Positions 21,161 to 29,297 of a stretch of 53,160 nt of DNA are shown here, in pieces; position 1 is the first letter of the stretch, and the number at the start of each line of letters is the position of its first letter. The stretch is from Deferrisomatales bacterium (GTDB lineage: Bacteria; Desulfobacterota; Deferrisomatia; Deferrisomatales; JACRMM01), in the NCBI GenBank assembly GCA_033551855.1, contig JAWSUI010000025.1, forward strand, positions 1 to 53,160, in the 5' to 3' direction. The position numbers were made by a program, and so were the translations under genes. The notes below the pieces were generated by a model. The model saw only the letters and a program-made list of their open reading frames with translations. It made no database searches and had not been told where the DNA came from.

Positions 21161-21188
21161 GTAGGGACGACGCATGCGTCGCCCCTAC
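21161..21188. repeat. GTAG-type REP palindrome
   Basis: GTAGGGACGACGCATGCGTCGCCCCTAC, a near-perfect 28-bp palindrome. Confidence 0.75.
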
Positions 21189-21230
21189 GGTCAGGGGGGC
21201 TACCACCGATTTCACGAGGGAGGTCCGCCC

Positions 21231-22061
21231 ATGCCCCTGGTTCGAGACCGAGACGGACGCCGCCTGCACGTGAAGAGCCGGCTCATGGGCGAGAGCCTGG
21301 TGAGCCGCCGCTTCCTCGAGGGGCTCGAAGCTCCGGAGCGGGTGCGTCTCTTTCCCGACGTCGACGTGGTCAAGATCGGCGGCCAGTCCATCTGCGACCG
21401 GGGCCACCACGCCCTGCCCGGCGTCATCCGGGAAGTGGTCGGCGTCAAGGACCGGCACAAGCTCCTCCTCACCACCGGCGGCGGCACCCGCAGCCGCCAC
21501 ATCTACGCCATCGGGCTCGAGCTCGGCATGCCCACGGGCATCATCTCCAAGTTCGGGAGCTCCGTGTCCGAGCAGAACGCGCTCCTCGTGGCCATGCTCC
21601 TCTCCCCCTGGGGCGGGGTGAAGATCGGCCACGACGACGTGGTGAAGCTCCCCACCTACTTCGTCCAAGGCTGCATCCCGGTGATGCACGCCATGCCTCC
21701 CTACGACTACTTCTCTCCCCTGCCCGAGGTGGGGCGCCTGCCCATGTACCGCACCGACGTGGGAACGCTGCTCCTGGCCGACCTCATCGGCGCCCGAAGC
21801 TGCATCTTCGTCAAGGACGAGCGGGGCCTCTACACCGACGACCCCAAGAAGAACCCGGGCGCGGCGTTCATCCCTGAGATCAGCGCGGGTGAGCTCCTGG
21901 CCGGCGGCCAGGACGACCTCATTGTCGAGCGCCCCTGCCTCGAGCTCCTCCAGCGCAGCGAGGTCCTCGACCGCATCCAGGTAGTCAACGGTCTGGAAGA
22001 GGGAATGCTCACCCGGGCTCTAGCGGGAGAGCCGGTAGGTACGGTAATCCGCAGGGGGTAG
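21231..22061 (+). CDS. Molybdenum storage protein (MosA/MosB) homologue, amino-acid-kinase fold
   Basis: VVKIGGQSICDRG, TGGGTRSRH, AMPPY, RTDVG, FVKDERGLYT, QVVNGL...LTRALAGEPVGT; recalled as closely paralleling Azotobacter MoSto subunits. Confidence 0.85.
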   Translation: MPLVRDRDGRRLHVKSRLMGESLVSRRFLEGLEAPERVRLFPDVDVVKIGGQSICDRGHHALPGVIREVVGVKDRHKLLLTTGGGTRSRHIYAIGLELGMPTGIISKFGSSVSEQNALLVAMLLSPWGGVKIGHDDVVKLPTYFVQGCIPVMHAMPPYDYFSPLPEVGRLPMYRTDVGTLLLADLIGARSCIFVKDERGLYTDDPKKNPGAAFIPEISAGELLAGGQDDLIVERPCLELLQRSEVLDRIQVVNGLEEGMLTRALAGEPVGTVIRRG

Positions 22062-22233
22062 CAGCGGCGGGGGGCCGAAAGACCGTCACGAGTGCCCTTT
22101 CGGTTGGACCAGCGCCAGGGCGTGCGATACGAGGGATTGTGAGCCGGGGGCCGGCGAAAAGTTCGAAAGGGCTCGTCCACCCCGCGGCGGAGCCAACACA
22201 GGTCTTGCAACCGTGGGTGGGGGTTCTGGAACG

Positions 22234-23022
22234 ATGACCATGGGTGACGAGCCGCGGGAAACCGGCTGTCCCTCTCGGCTCCGCCCCAGCGGAGGGTTTC
22301 GGAAGCTGCGGTCCTTTCAGGCGGCGACTCTGGTCTACGACGCCACGGTCCTCTTCTGCGCCCGCTTCCTCGACAAGCGCTCCCGCACGGTCGACCAGAT
22401 GGTGCAGGCCGCGCGCAGCGGGCGGCAGAACATCGCCGAGGGGAGCCGCGCCTCGGCGGCGTCGAGCCAGACCGAGCTGCGGCTGGTGAGCGTGGCGCGC
22501 GCAAGCCTCGACGAGCTCCTGCTCGACTACGAGGACTTCCTGCGCCAGCGAAAACTGCCGCTCTGGGGCAAGAGCTCCCCGGAGGCGCAGCAGGTGCGGG
22601 AGATCGGGCGGCAACAGGGTTTCGACCGCTCACATCAGACCGATCGGTCCGATTCTGCCGCGCCAGCGAGCCACTTCGGCCCCTACGCCCCCTGGCTCAA
22701 CCACGGCGACCCCGTCGTGGTGGCCAACGCCGTGATCTGCCTCATCCACCAAGCGAACTACCTCCTGGACCGCCAGATCGCCGGCCTCGAGCGCCAATTC
22801 ATTGCCGAGGGCGGCTACAGCGAGAGGTTGGCAGCGGCGAGGATCGCGGAGCGGCGCCGGCAGGGCGGCGCCCCCGGGTCCGATGCCGCTCCCCAGGCCC
22901 CAACGTGCCCCCTCTGCAGCCAGCCCATGGCCCTGCGCACCGCCCGCAAGGGCCCGCGGGCGGGGTCCCAGTTCTGGGGCTGCTCGGCCGACCCCCAGTG
23001 CAAGGGCGCGCAATCGTTGTGA
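22234..23022 (+). CDS. Four-helix-bundle (suffix-domain type) protein with C-terminal topoisomerase-type Zn ribbon
   Basis: GGFRKL, RTVDQMVQAARSGRQNIAEGS, LLLDYEDFL, F.AEGG.SERL, CPLC...FWGCS..P.C. Confidence 0.85.
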   Translation: MTMGDEPRETGCPSRLRPSGGFRKLRSFQAATLVYDATVLFCARFLDKRSRTVDQMVQAARSGRQNIAEGSRASAASSQTELRLVSVARASLDELLLDYEDFLRQRKLPLWGKSSPEAQQVREIGRQQGFDRSHQTDRSDSAAPASHFGPYAPWLNHGDPVVVANAVICLIHQANYLLDRQIAGLERQFIAEGGYSERLAAARIAERRRQGGAPGSDAAPQAPTCPLCSQPMALRTARKGPRAGSQFWGCSADPQCKGAQSL

Positions 23023-23119
23023 AGATCGGACCGGTTTGTCGGATCCGACGGATCGGTCCGATGAAGAGCAACTCTTTATGGCAAGCCTCAAAGTGGGGAG
23101 GCTGACCCCCTCCCCCGGG

Positions 23120-23902
23120 TTAAACCGCTCGGCGGCCCGCGAACATCTCTTGGGCACCGGCGGGCAGCGAGCTGTGAACGAAGGGCTGCGCCTCGAAGGC
23201 GAAGCCCGCCGCCGTGATGGCCTCGGCCCAGGTCGCGCGTGGGAAGAGCCCCAGAACGTGGCGGTCGGCCACCGCCTCCACCGACCCGTCGGTGTGGCGT
23301 AGCAGGTACGCCATGTCGGCGAGGTAGGTGACGTCGCCCGGGTCCGGGTCCCACACCCACTCCAGGTACCGAAGCCCCCGCCCGGCCCCGCCGGCCTCCT
23401 CGCTCCCGCCGTGCTCGGTGCCCGGCCGGAAGTTCTCCCGCACGAAGTCGGGACAGAAAAGCGCCGTGCCCCCCGGCGCGCAGTGGACGAAGGCGGTCCG
23501 TGCTGCCGCCCGCAGATCCTCCTCGGTGGTGAGGTACCCCGCCGCGTCCTGGAGGAGGACGGCGTCGAACTGCTGCCCCAGCCGCACCGTGCGCATGTCG
23601 CCGGCGATGTGCGCACATTCGGGGTTGAGCGCCCTGCTCACCTCCAGCATCTCCGGGGAGATGTCCACCAGGGTGACCTCGAACCGGGCCTTCAGGTGCG
23701 AGGCGTTGTGCCCGCCTCCAGAGCCCAGCTCCAGTAGGTTGTGCGGCCGCCGGGGCGCTGCCAGGTCCTCAAACGCCCGCCTGTAGATCGCTGCCTCCTC
23801 GGCATAGTCCTCGGGAGGCGTGAGCAGCGGAAACCAGCTCGACAGGTCGCGATAGAGGCGGGGTAGACGGTGGTGCGGATCGCGGGATGCGGGACGCGTC
23901 AC
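23120..23902 (-). CDS. Class I SAM-dependent methyltransferase
   Basis: LLELGSGGG, VDISPEML, GDMRTVRLGQQFDAV. Confidence 0.88.
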   Translation of the reverse strand: MTRPASRDPHHRLPRLYRDLSSWFPLLTPPEDYAEEAAIYRRAFEDLAAPRRPHNLLELGSGGGHNASHLKARFEVTLVDISPEMLEVSRALNPECAHIAGDMRTVRLGQQFDAVLLQDAAGYLTTEEDLRAAARTAFVHCAPGGTALFCPDFVRENFRPGTEHGGSEEAGGAGRGLRYLEWVWDPDPGDVTYLADMAYLLRHTDGSVEAVADRHVLGLFPRATWAEAITAAGFAFEAQPFVHSSLPAGAQEMFAGRRAV

Positions 23903-23981
23903 AGGGTCTCCCGGCGGTGCCACGGGGCTTGGCACGGGGTAGTCAGGCCCATCCTTGCTTGGCCCGACGCTCCCGTCGGTG

Positions 23982-24377
23982 TCACGTGCTCAGGAGTGTC
24001 TTGAGCGTCGGCACGCCGAGAAGGCGCGGGTCAACGGTTACGAGGTTGAGATCGTACACCACCGCCGTCGCCGCGAGGAAACGATCGGCCGGGTCCTGAT
24101 GCGGAAGCTCGATCGCCCGGCTGCGCAAGGCAACGTCGCTCGTCAGGGGTGCCTCCCGAAAGGGCACTTTGCGCAGCGCCCTTCGAACCCATTGAGGCCC
24201 GTCGGGTTTTAGAACCACTCGCCCCTTCTCTGCGAGGAGAAGGGTCTCCCAGACGCTGACGGGGGAAAGCCAGCGCTCGTTTTCCGGGGCTTCCAGCGCC
24301 GCGGCCACGACGGGGCTGAGCCGTTCCGGCTCCAGGAGGCTCCAGAGGAAAACATGGGTGTCGAGGAGGAGTCTCAC
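23982..24377 (-). CDS. vapC: VapC/PIN-domain toxin
   Basis: LLLDTHVFLW, SVWE, HQDPADR, LVTVD; start overlaps the antitoxin stop. Confidence 0.9.
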   Translation of the reverse strand: MRLLLDTHVFLWSLLEPERLSPVVAAALEAPENERWLSPVSVWETLLLAEKGRVVLKPDGPQWVRRALRKVPFREAPLTSDVALRSRAIELPHQDPADRFLAATAVVYDLNLVTVDPRLLGVPTLKTLLST

Positions 24378-24616
24378 CGGGCGAGCACCTCCCAGTCAGA
24401 GTCCTCCGACGCGGGCGAGACCACGTCACCGACGATCTTGCCCGAACCCCGCATCGTCCCGAGCCAGGGGGCTCCCTTCTCGGCCTTGCCGAATGGGATC
24501 ACTTCTGCAATAGGCTCTCCCCGCTTCGTCACGACCAGGGGCTCACCCGTGCGCCGGACGCGCTCGAGCAGCTCGAGACAGGTTGCCTTGAACTTGGTTA
24601 TGGACACCGCTTCCAT
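24374..24616 (-). CDS. Phd/YefM family antitoxin
   Basis: SITKFKATCLELLERV...LVVTKRGEPIA; GGAGG RBS. Confidence 0.9.
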   Translation of the reverse strand: MEAVSITKFKATCLELLERVRRTGEPLVVTKRGEPIAEVIPFGKAEKGAPWLGTMRGSGKIVGDVVSPASEDSDWEVLAR

Positions 24617-24647
24617 CAGCTGACCTCCGTTCATTCCATCGCAGAGC

Positions 24648-24676
24648 AAGCTATCATGGTCAAAACAAGTGGTCAA
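24648..24676 (-). promoter_or_regulatory. TA operon promoter with tandem operator-like repeat
   Basis: TTGACC-N17-TAGCTT on the minus strand; TTGACCA occurs twice, 13 bp apart. Confidence 0.55.
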
Positions 24677-25065
24677 CTTGGGTGAGCCCAGGATCCACCT
24701 TGACCCGTGCCCGGGGCCGGGGAGCCCCTCCGCCCCGCCCCGCAATCCGCGGCGATTCGAAGGGGAGTTCCCGCAGCCCACGGTACGCCGGGCTTCACCC
24801 GTTGCGCCGGCTTCGGCGGGTCGATCGAGGCGGTACGGGGCTGCGCTCCAAAGCTCCCCGGCCCCGCCCGAGAATTTTGTGGTGGATCGTGGGAGCACTT
24901 GGGAGTGAGCATGTTTGTGGCTCTGGACCTCGTCTGTCCTCCCCCTGCTCGCCCGCCTTGCCGCGCCACGAGAGAGTGATAGCCTCTCGGGCAGGTGTTG
25001 TGCCCCGGCGCCGGTGCGCGGGGCGGGCACGGTACTTCCTCGGGGGTCTAGACTGGAGGTGTGCA

Positions 25066-25578
25066 ATGAAGGGAAAGGCGAAGTGTTTGGTGCGCGTGTG
25101 CGCCGGTCTGGTGTGGGTGGCGGCGGCCGTGTGTTTCTCGCCTGCCGCAGCGCAAGAATACGCTGCCGCGCTCCAGGGTCTAGAGCGTCTCGACGTGGTC
25201 TTCGACGTGGCACAGGGCAACCCCGCCGCCGCCAACGTGGTCTTCTGGGCCGTCCGCGACGTCTATCAGGCCGAAGAGGTCCGGGCTCTGCCCGAAAAGC
25301 CGCGGGTCGTGGTGGCCTTTCGGGGGCCCGCGGTCAGGCTCCTGTCCACGAAGCGGGAAGGCGTCACGAGGGAAGATGCCGAGGCCATGGACCGGTTCGC
25401 AGCGACGCTGCGGGAGATGAAGAAGGACGGGGTCCGCCTCGAGGTGTGCCTGTACGCGGTGCAGGTATTGGGGGTCGACCCCGCCTCGCTCCTGCCGGAG
25501 GTGGACCGGGTGACCAACGGGTTTGTCTCCGTGGTCGGGTACCAGAACCAAGGGTACGCGGTGGTGGCCATCCCCTGA
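25066..25578 (+). CDS. Secreted DsrE family protein
   Basis: GGAGG RBS, signal peptide, VVFDV, FRGPAV, LEVC, NGFVSVVGYQNQGY. Confidence 0.75.
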   Translation: MKGKAKCLVRVCAGLVWVAAAVCFSPAAAQEYAAALQGLERLDVVFDVAQGNPAAANVVFWAVRDVYQAEEVRALPEKPRVVVAFRGPAVRLLSTKREGVTREDAEAMDRFAATLREMKKDGVRLEVCLYAVQVLGVDPASLLPEVDRVTNGFVSVVGYQNQGYAVVAIP

Positions 25579-25605
25579 CGGGGGTGCCCCTGTCTCACCC
25601 GCCCC

Positions 25606-26148
25606 TCAACGCCAGCCTTTGATCCTCGCTTCCCGCCAGCGGCGGGCGCGGGACTTTCTCTCCTCCTCGGGCGCGAGCACGTTGTCGATGCGCACTGCCG
25701 CGTCGCTCGCGGCCTCGAGGAGGGCGGCGGTGGCCTCGTCCTTCTCCGCGCCGCCGCGCCCTGGAAAGCCGTAGAGCACCTCCTCCCCCGACTCCAGAAG
25801 AAGGGTCACCGCCGCGGGGTCCCGTTCACCTCCCCCCGAGCCGAGGGGGCCGATGACCACCCGGCGCACCGCGGCCCACGGGATGCGGCGACGTCCCAGA
25901 GCCCAGCCCAGGCTCACGCCCTCGGTCCCGAGGACCGTGGTGAGCCGCAGAGGCAGGGTCGCGATCCCTGCGCCCGCAATGGTGAGGGCCGTTCCCGACA
26001 GGCCAAGAAAAGGCCAGCCGTCGGCGCCGGTCAGCGCCGACGCGAGCAGGCGGAGGCCCCCCATGGCCAAGCTGAGGCCGGCGGCGGCGGTAGCCGCCGC
26101 GCGGAGTCCCCGGAGGTGGCGCACCGTCACCGTTCGGCCGGCTGTCAT
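25606..26148 (-). CDS. Hypothetical membrane protein (two TM helices plus a bPH-like beta domain)
   Basis: ATG overlaps the RND stop; two hydrophobic segments then RRIPWAAVRRV. Confidence 0.55.
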   Translation of the reverse strand: MTAGRTVTVRHLRGLRAAATAAAGLSLAMGGLRLLASALTGADGWPFLGLSGTALTIAGAGIATLPLRLTTVLGTEGVSLGWALGRRRIPWAAVRRVVIGPLGSGGGERDPAAVTLLLESGEEVLYGFPGRGGAEKDEATAALLEAASDAAVRIDNVLAPEEERKSRARRWREARIKGWR

Positions 26149-29100
26149 GCGGGCGTCCTCCGGAAGAGCTTGGCCGCGTCCAGGAAGAGACTCAGGACCG
26201 TGGGCACGAGGAAGAGGGTGAAGACCGTGGAGAGGGCGAGCCCGCCGACCACCACGGCGCCGATGCCCCGATAGAGCTCGCTCCCGGCGCCGGGGAAGAG
26301 GACCAGGGGGAGCATGCCGAAGATCGTCGTGGTGGTGGACATGAAGATGGGGCGAACCCGGGTACGCACGCTGTTGCGCAGCGCCTCCCGAGGGTCCATG
26401 CGTTCGTGGCGCATGGATAGGAGCGTGTGGTGGACCACGAGGATGGCGTTGTTCACCACCGTGCCCACCAGGATGATGAACCCCAGCATGGTGAGCATGT
26501 CCAGGGGCTGGGGCGCGATCAGCCGGTTGACGAGCCACAGCCCCAGGAACCCCCCTCCCGCGGCGAGGGGCACGCTGAAGAGGATCACGAAGGGGTACAG
26601 AAAGCTTTCGAAGAGGCTTGCCATGAGCAAGTAGGTGATCACGATGGCGAGGAGGAAGTCCCCCCGGAGCAGCCGGAAGGCCGCGGTGAGCTTGTCCGCG
26701 GTGCCCGCGAGCCGGGTGCGCACCTGGGGGGGGATCGTGCCATCCTCCCGCATGCCGGCCACGGCGGCTTCGATCGTCTCCATGGCGGCTTCCAGGGGCA
26801 CGTCCTCCGGCGGGAGGATCTGGAGGGCGATCGTCCGCTGGCGCTCCACGCGGTTGATCTGCTCGGGGCCGGAGGTCAGCAGGATCTGCGCGACGCTTCC
26901 CAGCGTCACGGCGCCCCCCAACGGGCTCCGCAGGAGCAGGGTCTCCAGGTCCTGCAGCCCGCTCACCGAGGAGGCGTGTCCTGTCACGGTCAGATCCACC
27001 TCGAGGCCGTCGATGAGCACATCCGAGGCCTTGGCCCCGTCGAGGAGGGCATCCACCACGATGCCCAGGTCCCTGGCGGTGAACCCCAGGTCCGCCAGCC
27101 GCACCCGGTCCGGGATCACCTGGATCTCCGGGTTGCCCAGGTCCAAGCTCGGAATCGGCCGGATCTGGGAGCCGGGGATCGCTCGCGAGATGGTCCCGAA
27201 GGCGGCTCCCCCGACCTGCACCAGGGTCTCGAGGTCGTCCCCGGAGAGCTCCAGGTCCACGCTCCGGCCGGCGGTCAGGCCGCGGGAGAACAGGCTGGTC
27301 TGCCGCACCACGGCGATCATCCCCGGCACCCGGCGCAGCTCTTCCTGCATCACCGGCACCAGGTCCCGCACCCGCTGAGGGTCCTGGGTGCTCGCCCCCA
27401 TGAAGATCTGACGGCCCCGGGCGACGTAGAAGAAGTGGCGGATGGCCGGGCCCGGGAGGCCCGGGTGGTCCCCCTCGGCCTCCCACAGGGGGGCGAAGGC
27501 GGCCTCCAGCGACTTGCCGATCTCCTCGAGCTCCTGGACGTTGTACCCGGGCGGGGGCAGCAGGATCCCGATCACCAGGTTGCGGTTCCCCTCGGGGAGG
27601 TACTCTGCCTTCGGGGCGAGCTGCCACGCCATGAGGAGGCTCGCGGCGGTGAGCAGCCCCACCGTCAGGCCCTTCCACGCCAGGCGGCCGCAGAGGAAGT
27701 GGACGAAGTCGGCCAGGAGGTCGTTGGCGCGCCCCAGGACGGGCAGGAGGCCGAAGAGGGCTCGGGGCCCGCGGCGGCCGGCGGTCTTGTCATCGACCGC
27801 GTGCAGGAGCCGCACCGCGGCGGCCGGGATCACGGTGACCGAGACGGCCAGGGAGAGCCCCACCGCGGCCGTGATCGCGATGGCGATGTCGCGGAAGAGC
27901 TGACCGACCTCCTCCTGGATGAACAGGATGGGCAGGAAGACGGCCATGGTGGTCAGGGTGCTCGCCAGCACCGCTCCCCAAACCTCCCGGGTCCCGCTGA
28001 CGGCGGCGCGCCTGGCGGGCTCGCCCATCTGCAGGTGCCGGTAGATGTTCTCGAGGACCACGATGCCGTTGTCGACCACCATGCCCACGGCGAAAGCCAT
28101 CCCCGCCAGGCTCACCACGTTGAGGGAGCGGCCGGCGCCGAGCATGACGATGAAGGTGCCGATGACGCTCACCGGGATCGCCAGGGAGATGATGAGGGTC
28201 GGGGAGAAGGCGCGGAGGAAGACCAGCAGCACGAGCACGGCGAGCCCACCGCCCACATAGAGGTTGGTGACGACCAGGTCGATGGCCGACTCGATGTACT
28301 CGGTCTCGTCGTAGACCTGCTCCATCTGGAGCCCCTCGGCGGCCAGAGCCCCGGCGTTGAGCTCGACCACCGCCTCCCGGATCCCCCCCATGACCTCCAG
28401 CACGTTCGCGCCCGACTCCCGCAGGGCGTTGGCCACGAGGGCGGGCTCCCCCTTCTGGCGAACGGCGGAGACGGGCTTCTGGTATCCCACCTGGGCCCGG
28501 GCCACGTCGCCGACGAAGATCCGGCTTCCCGAGGGGGTGATCAGCACCACCGACTCCACGGCCTGGGGGCTGTCGAGCTCTCCCAGGACCCGTACGAGGT
28601 AGCGGCGCTTCCCCTCGTCGTAGGTGCCCGCGGTGACGTTGACGTTCTCGCGGTCCAGGGCCTGGAGGAGACCGGGCAGGGTGAGCCCCAAGGCAGCAAG
28701 CCGGGCCGGATCGACCACGAGCTGGAGCTCCATCTCCCGGCCGCCGAACACGTTGGCCTGTGCGACGCCGGGCACACGCTCCAGCCGCGCCTTCACCACG
28801 TCCTCGGCGTAGGTCTGGTAGGTGCGGATGTCCCGGTCGTTTCCAGGGCTTGCCTTGAGGACGAACCACGCGATGGGAGTATCGCCGGTGTTCACCGTCG
28901 TGAGGACAGGCCGCTCGGCGTCCAGGGGGAGGTTGCGTACCTGGTTGAGGCGGTTGGAGACACGGAGCAGGGCGGCGTCCAGGTCCTCGCCGGTCCGGAA
29001 GGTCAGGATGACGGTTCCCTGGGAGTCGGCGCTCTCGCTCTTCATCTCCACGACGCCCTGGACGCCCTTGAGCTGATCCTCCTGGCGGCGGACGATCTCG

Positions 29101-29282
29101 CGCTCGACCTCCTGGGGGCTGGCCCCCGCCCACCGCGTCGTAACCGTGATCTCGGGCTGAGCCACCTCGGGGGCCAGCTGCACCGGGATCGCCCGGAGGG
29201 CCAGGGAGCCGAAGAGCACCACGAGGATGACCCCGACGGCGACCGTGGTGCGGCGGGAGACGCTGGCCTCGATGAGCGGCAT
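26145..29282 (-). CDS. RND efflux transporter permease (AcrB/AcrD/AcrF family)
   Basis: 1045 aa, GMVVDNGIVVLENI, ASTLTT, GTVVNNAIL, RVRPIFM. Confidence 0.95.
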   Translation of the reverse strand: MPLIEASVSRRTTVAVGVILVVLFGSLALRAIPVQLAPEVAQPEITVTTRWAGASPQEVEREIVRRQEDQLKGVQGVVEMKSESADSQGTVILTFRTGEDLDAALLRVSNRLNQVRNLPLDAERPVLTTVNTGDTPIAWFVLKASPGNDRDIRTYQTYAEDVVKARLERVPGVAQANVFGGREMELQLVVDPARLAALGLTLPGLLQALDRENVNVTAGTYDEGKRRYLVRVLGELDSPQAVESVVLITPSGSRIFVGDVARAQVGYQKPVSAVRQKGEPALVANALRESGANVLEVMGGIREAVVELNAGALAAEGLQMEQVYDETEYIESAIDLVVTNLYVGGGLAVLVLLVFLRAFSPTLIISLAIPVSVIGTFIVMLGAGRSLNVVSLAGMAFAVGMVVDNGIVVLENIYRHLQMGEPARRAAVSGTREVWGAVLASTLTTMAVFLPILFIQEEVGQLFRDIAIAITAAVGLSLAVSVTVIPAAAVRLLHAVDDKTAGRRGPRALFGLLPVLGRANDLLADFVHFLCGRLAWKGLTVGLLTAASLLMAWQLAPKAEYLPEGNRNLVIGILLPPPGYNVQELEEIGKSLEAAFAPLWEAEGDHPGLPGPAIRHFFYVARGRQIFMGASTQDPQRVRDLVPVMQEELRRVPGMIAVVRQTSLFSRGLTAGRSVDLELSGDDLETLVQVGGAAFGTISRAIPGSQIRPIPSLDLGNPEIQVIPDRVRLADLGFTARDLGIVVDALLDGAKASDVLIDGLEVDLTVTGHASSVSGLQDLETLLLRSPLGGAVTLGSVAQILLTSGPEQINRVERQRTIALQILPPEDVPLEAAMETIEAAVAGMREDGTIPPQVRTRLAGTADKLTAAFRLLRGDFLLAIVITYLLMASLFESFLYPFVILFSVPLAAGGGFLGLWLVNRLIAPQPLDMLTMLGFIILVGTVVNNAILVVHHTLLSMRHERMDPREALRNSVRTRVRPIFMSTTTTIFGMLPLVLFPGAGSELYRGIGAVVVGGLALSTVFTLFLVPTVLSLFLDAAKLFRRTPA

Positions 29283-29297
29283 GGGAGCTCCTGCCTC

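Noticed and set aside
21231..22061. Uridylate kinase (pyrH)
   Set aside because: Lacks the PyrH KLSGE and GGGN motifs and the tsf/frr context; motifs match MoSto
22234..23022. DGR accessory Avd protein
   Set aside because: Related fold, but no reverse transcriptase or TR/VR pair in the window; motifs fit the four-helix-bundle suffix family
24762..24859. SRP (4.5S) RNA
   Set aside because: Similar size and rod shape, but the conserved domain IV CAGG...GGAA...AGCAG motif is absent
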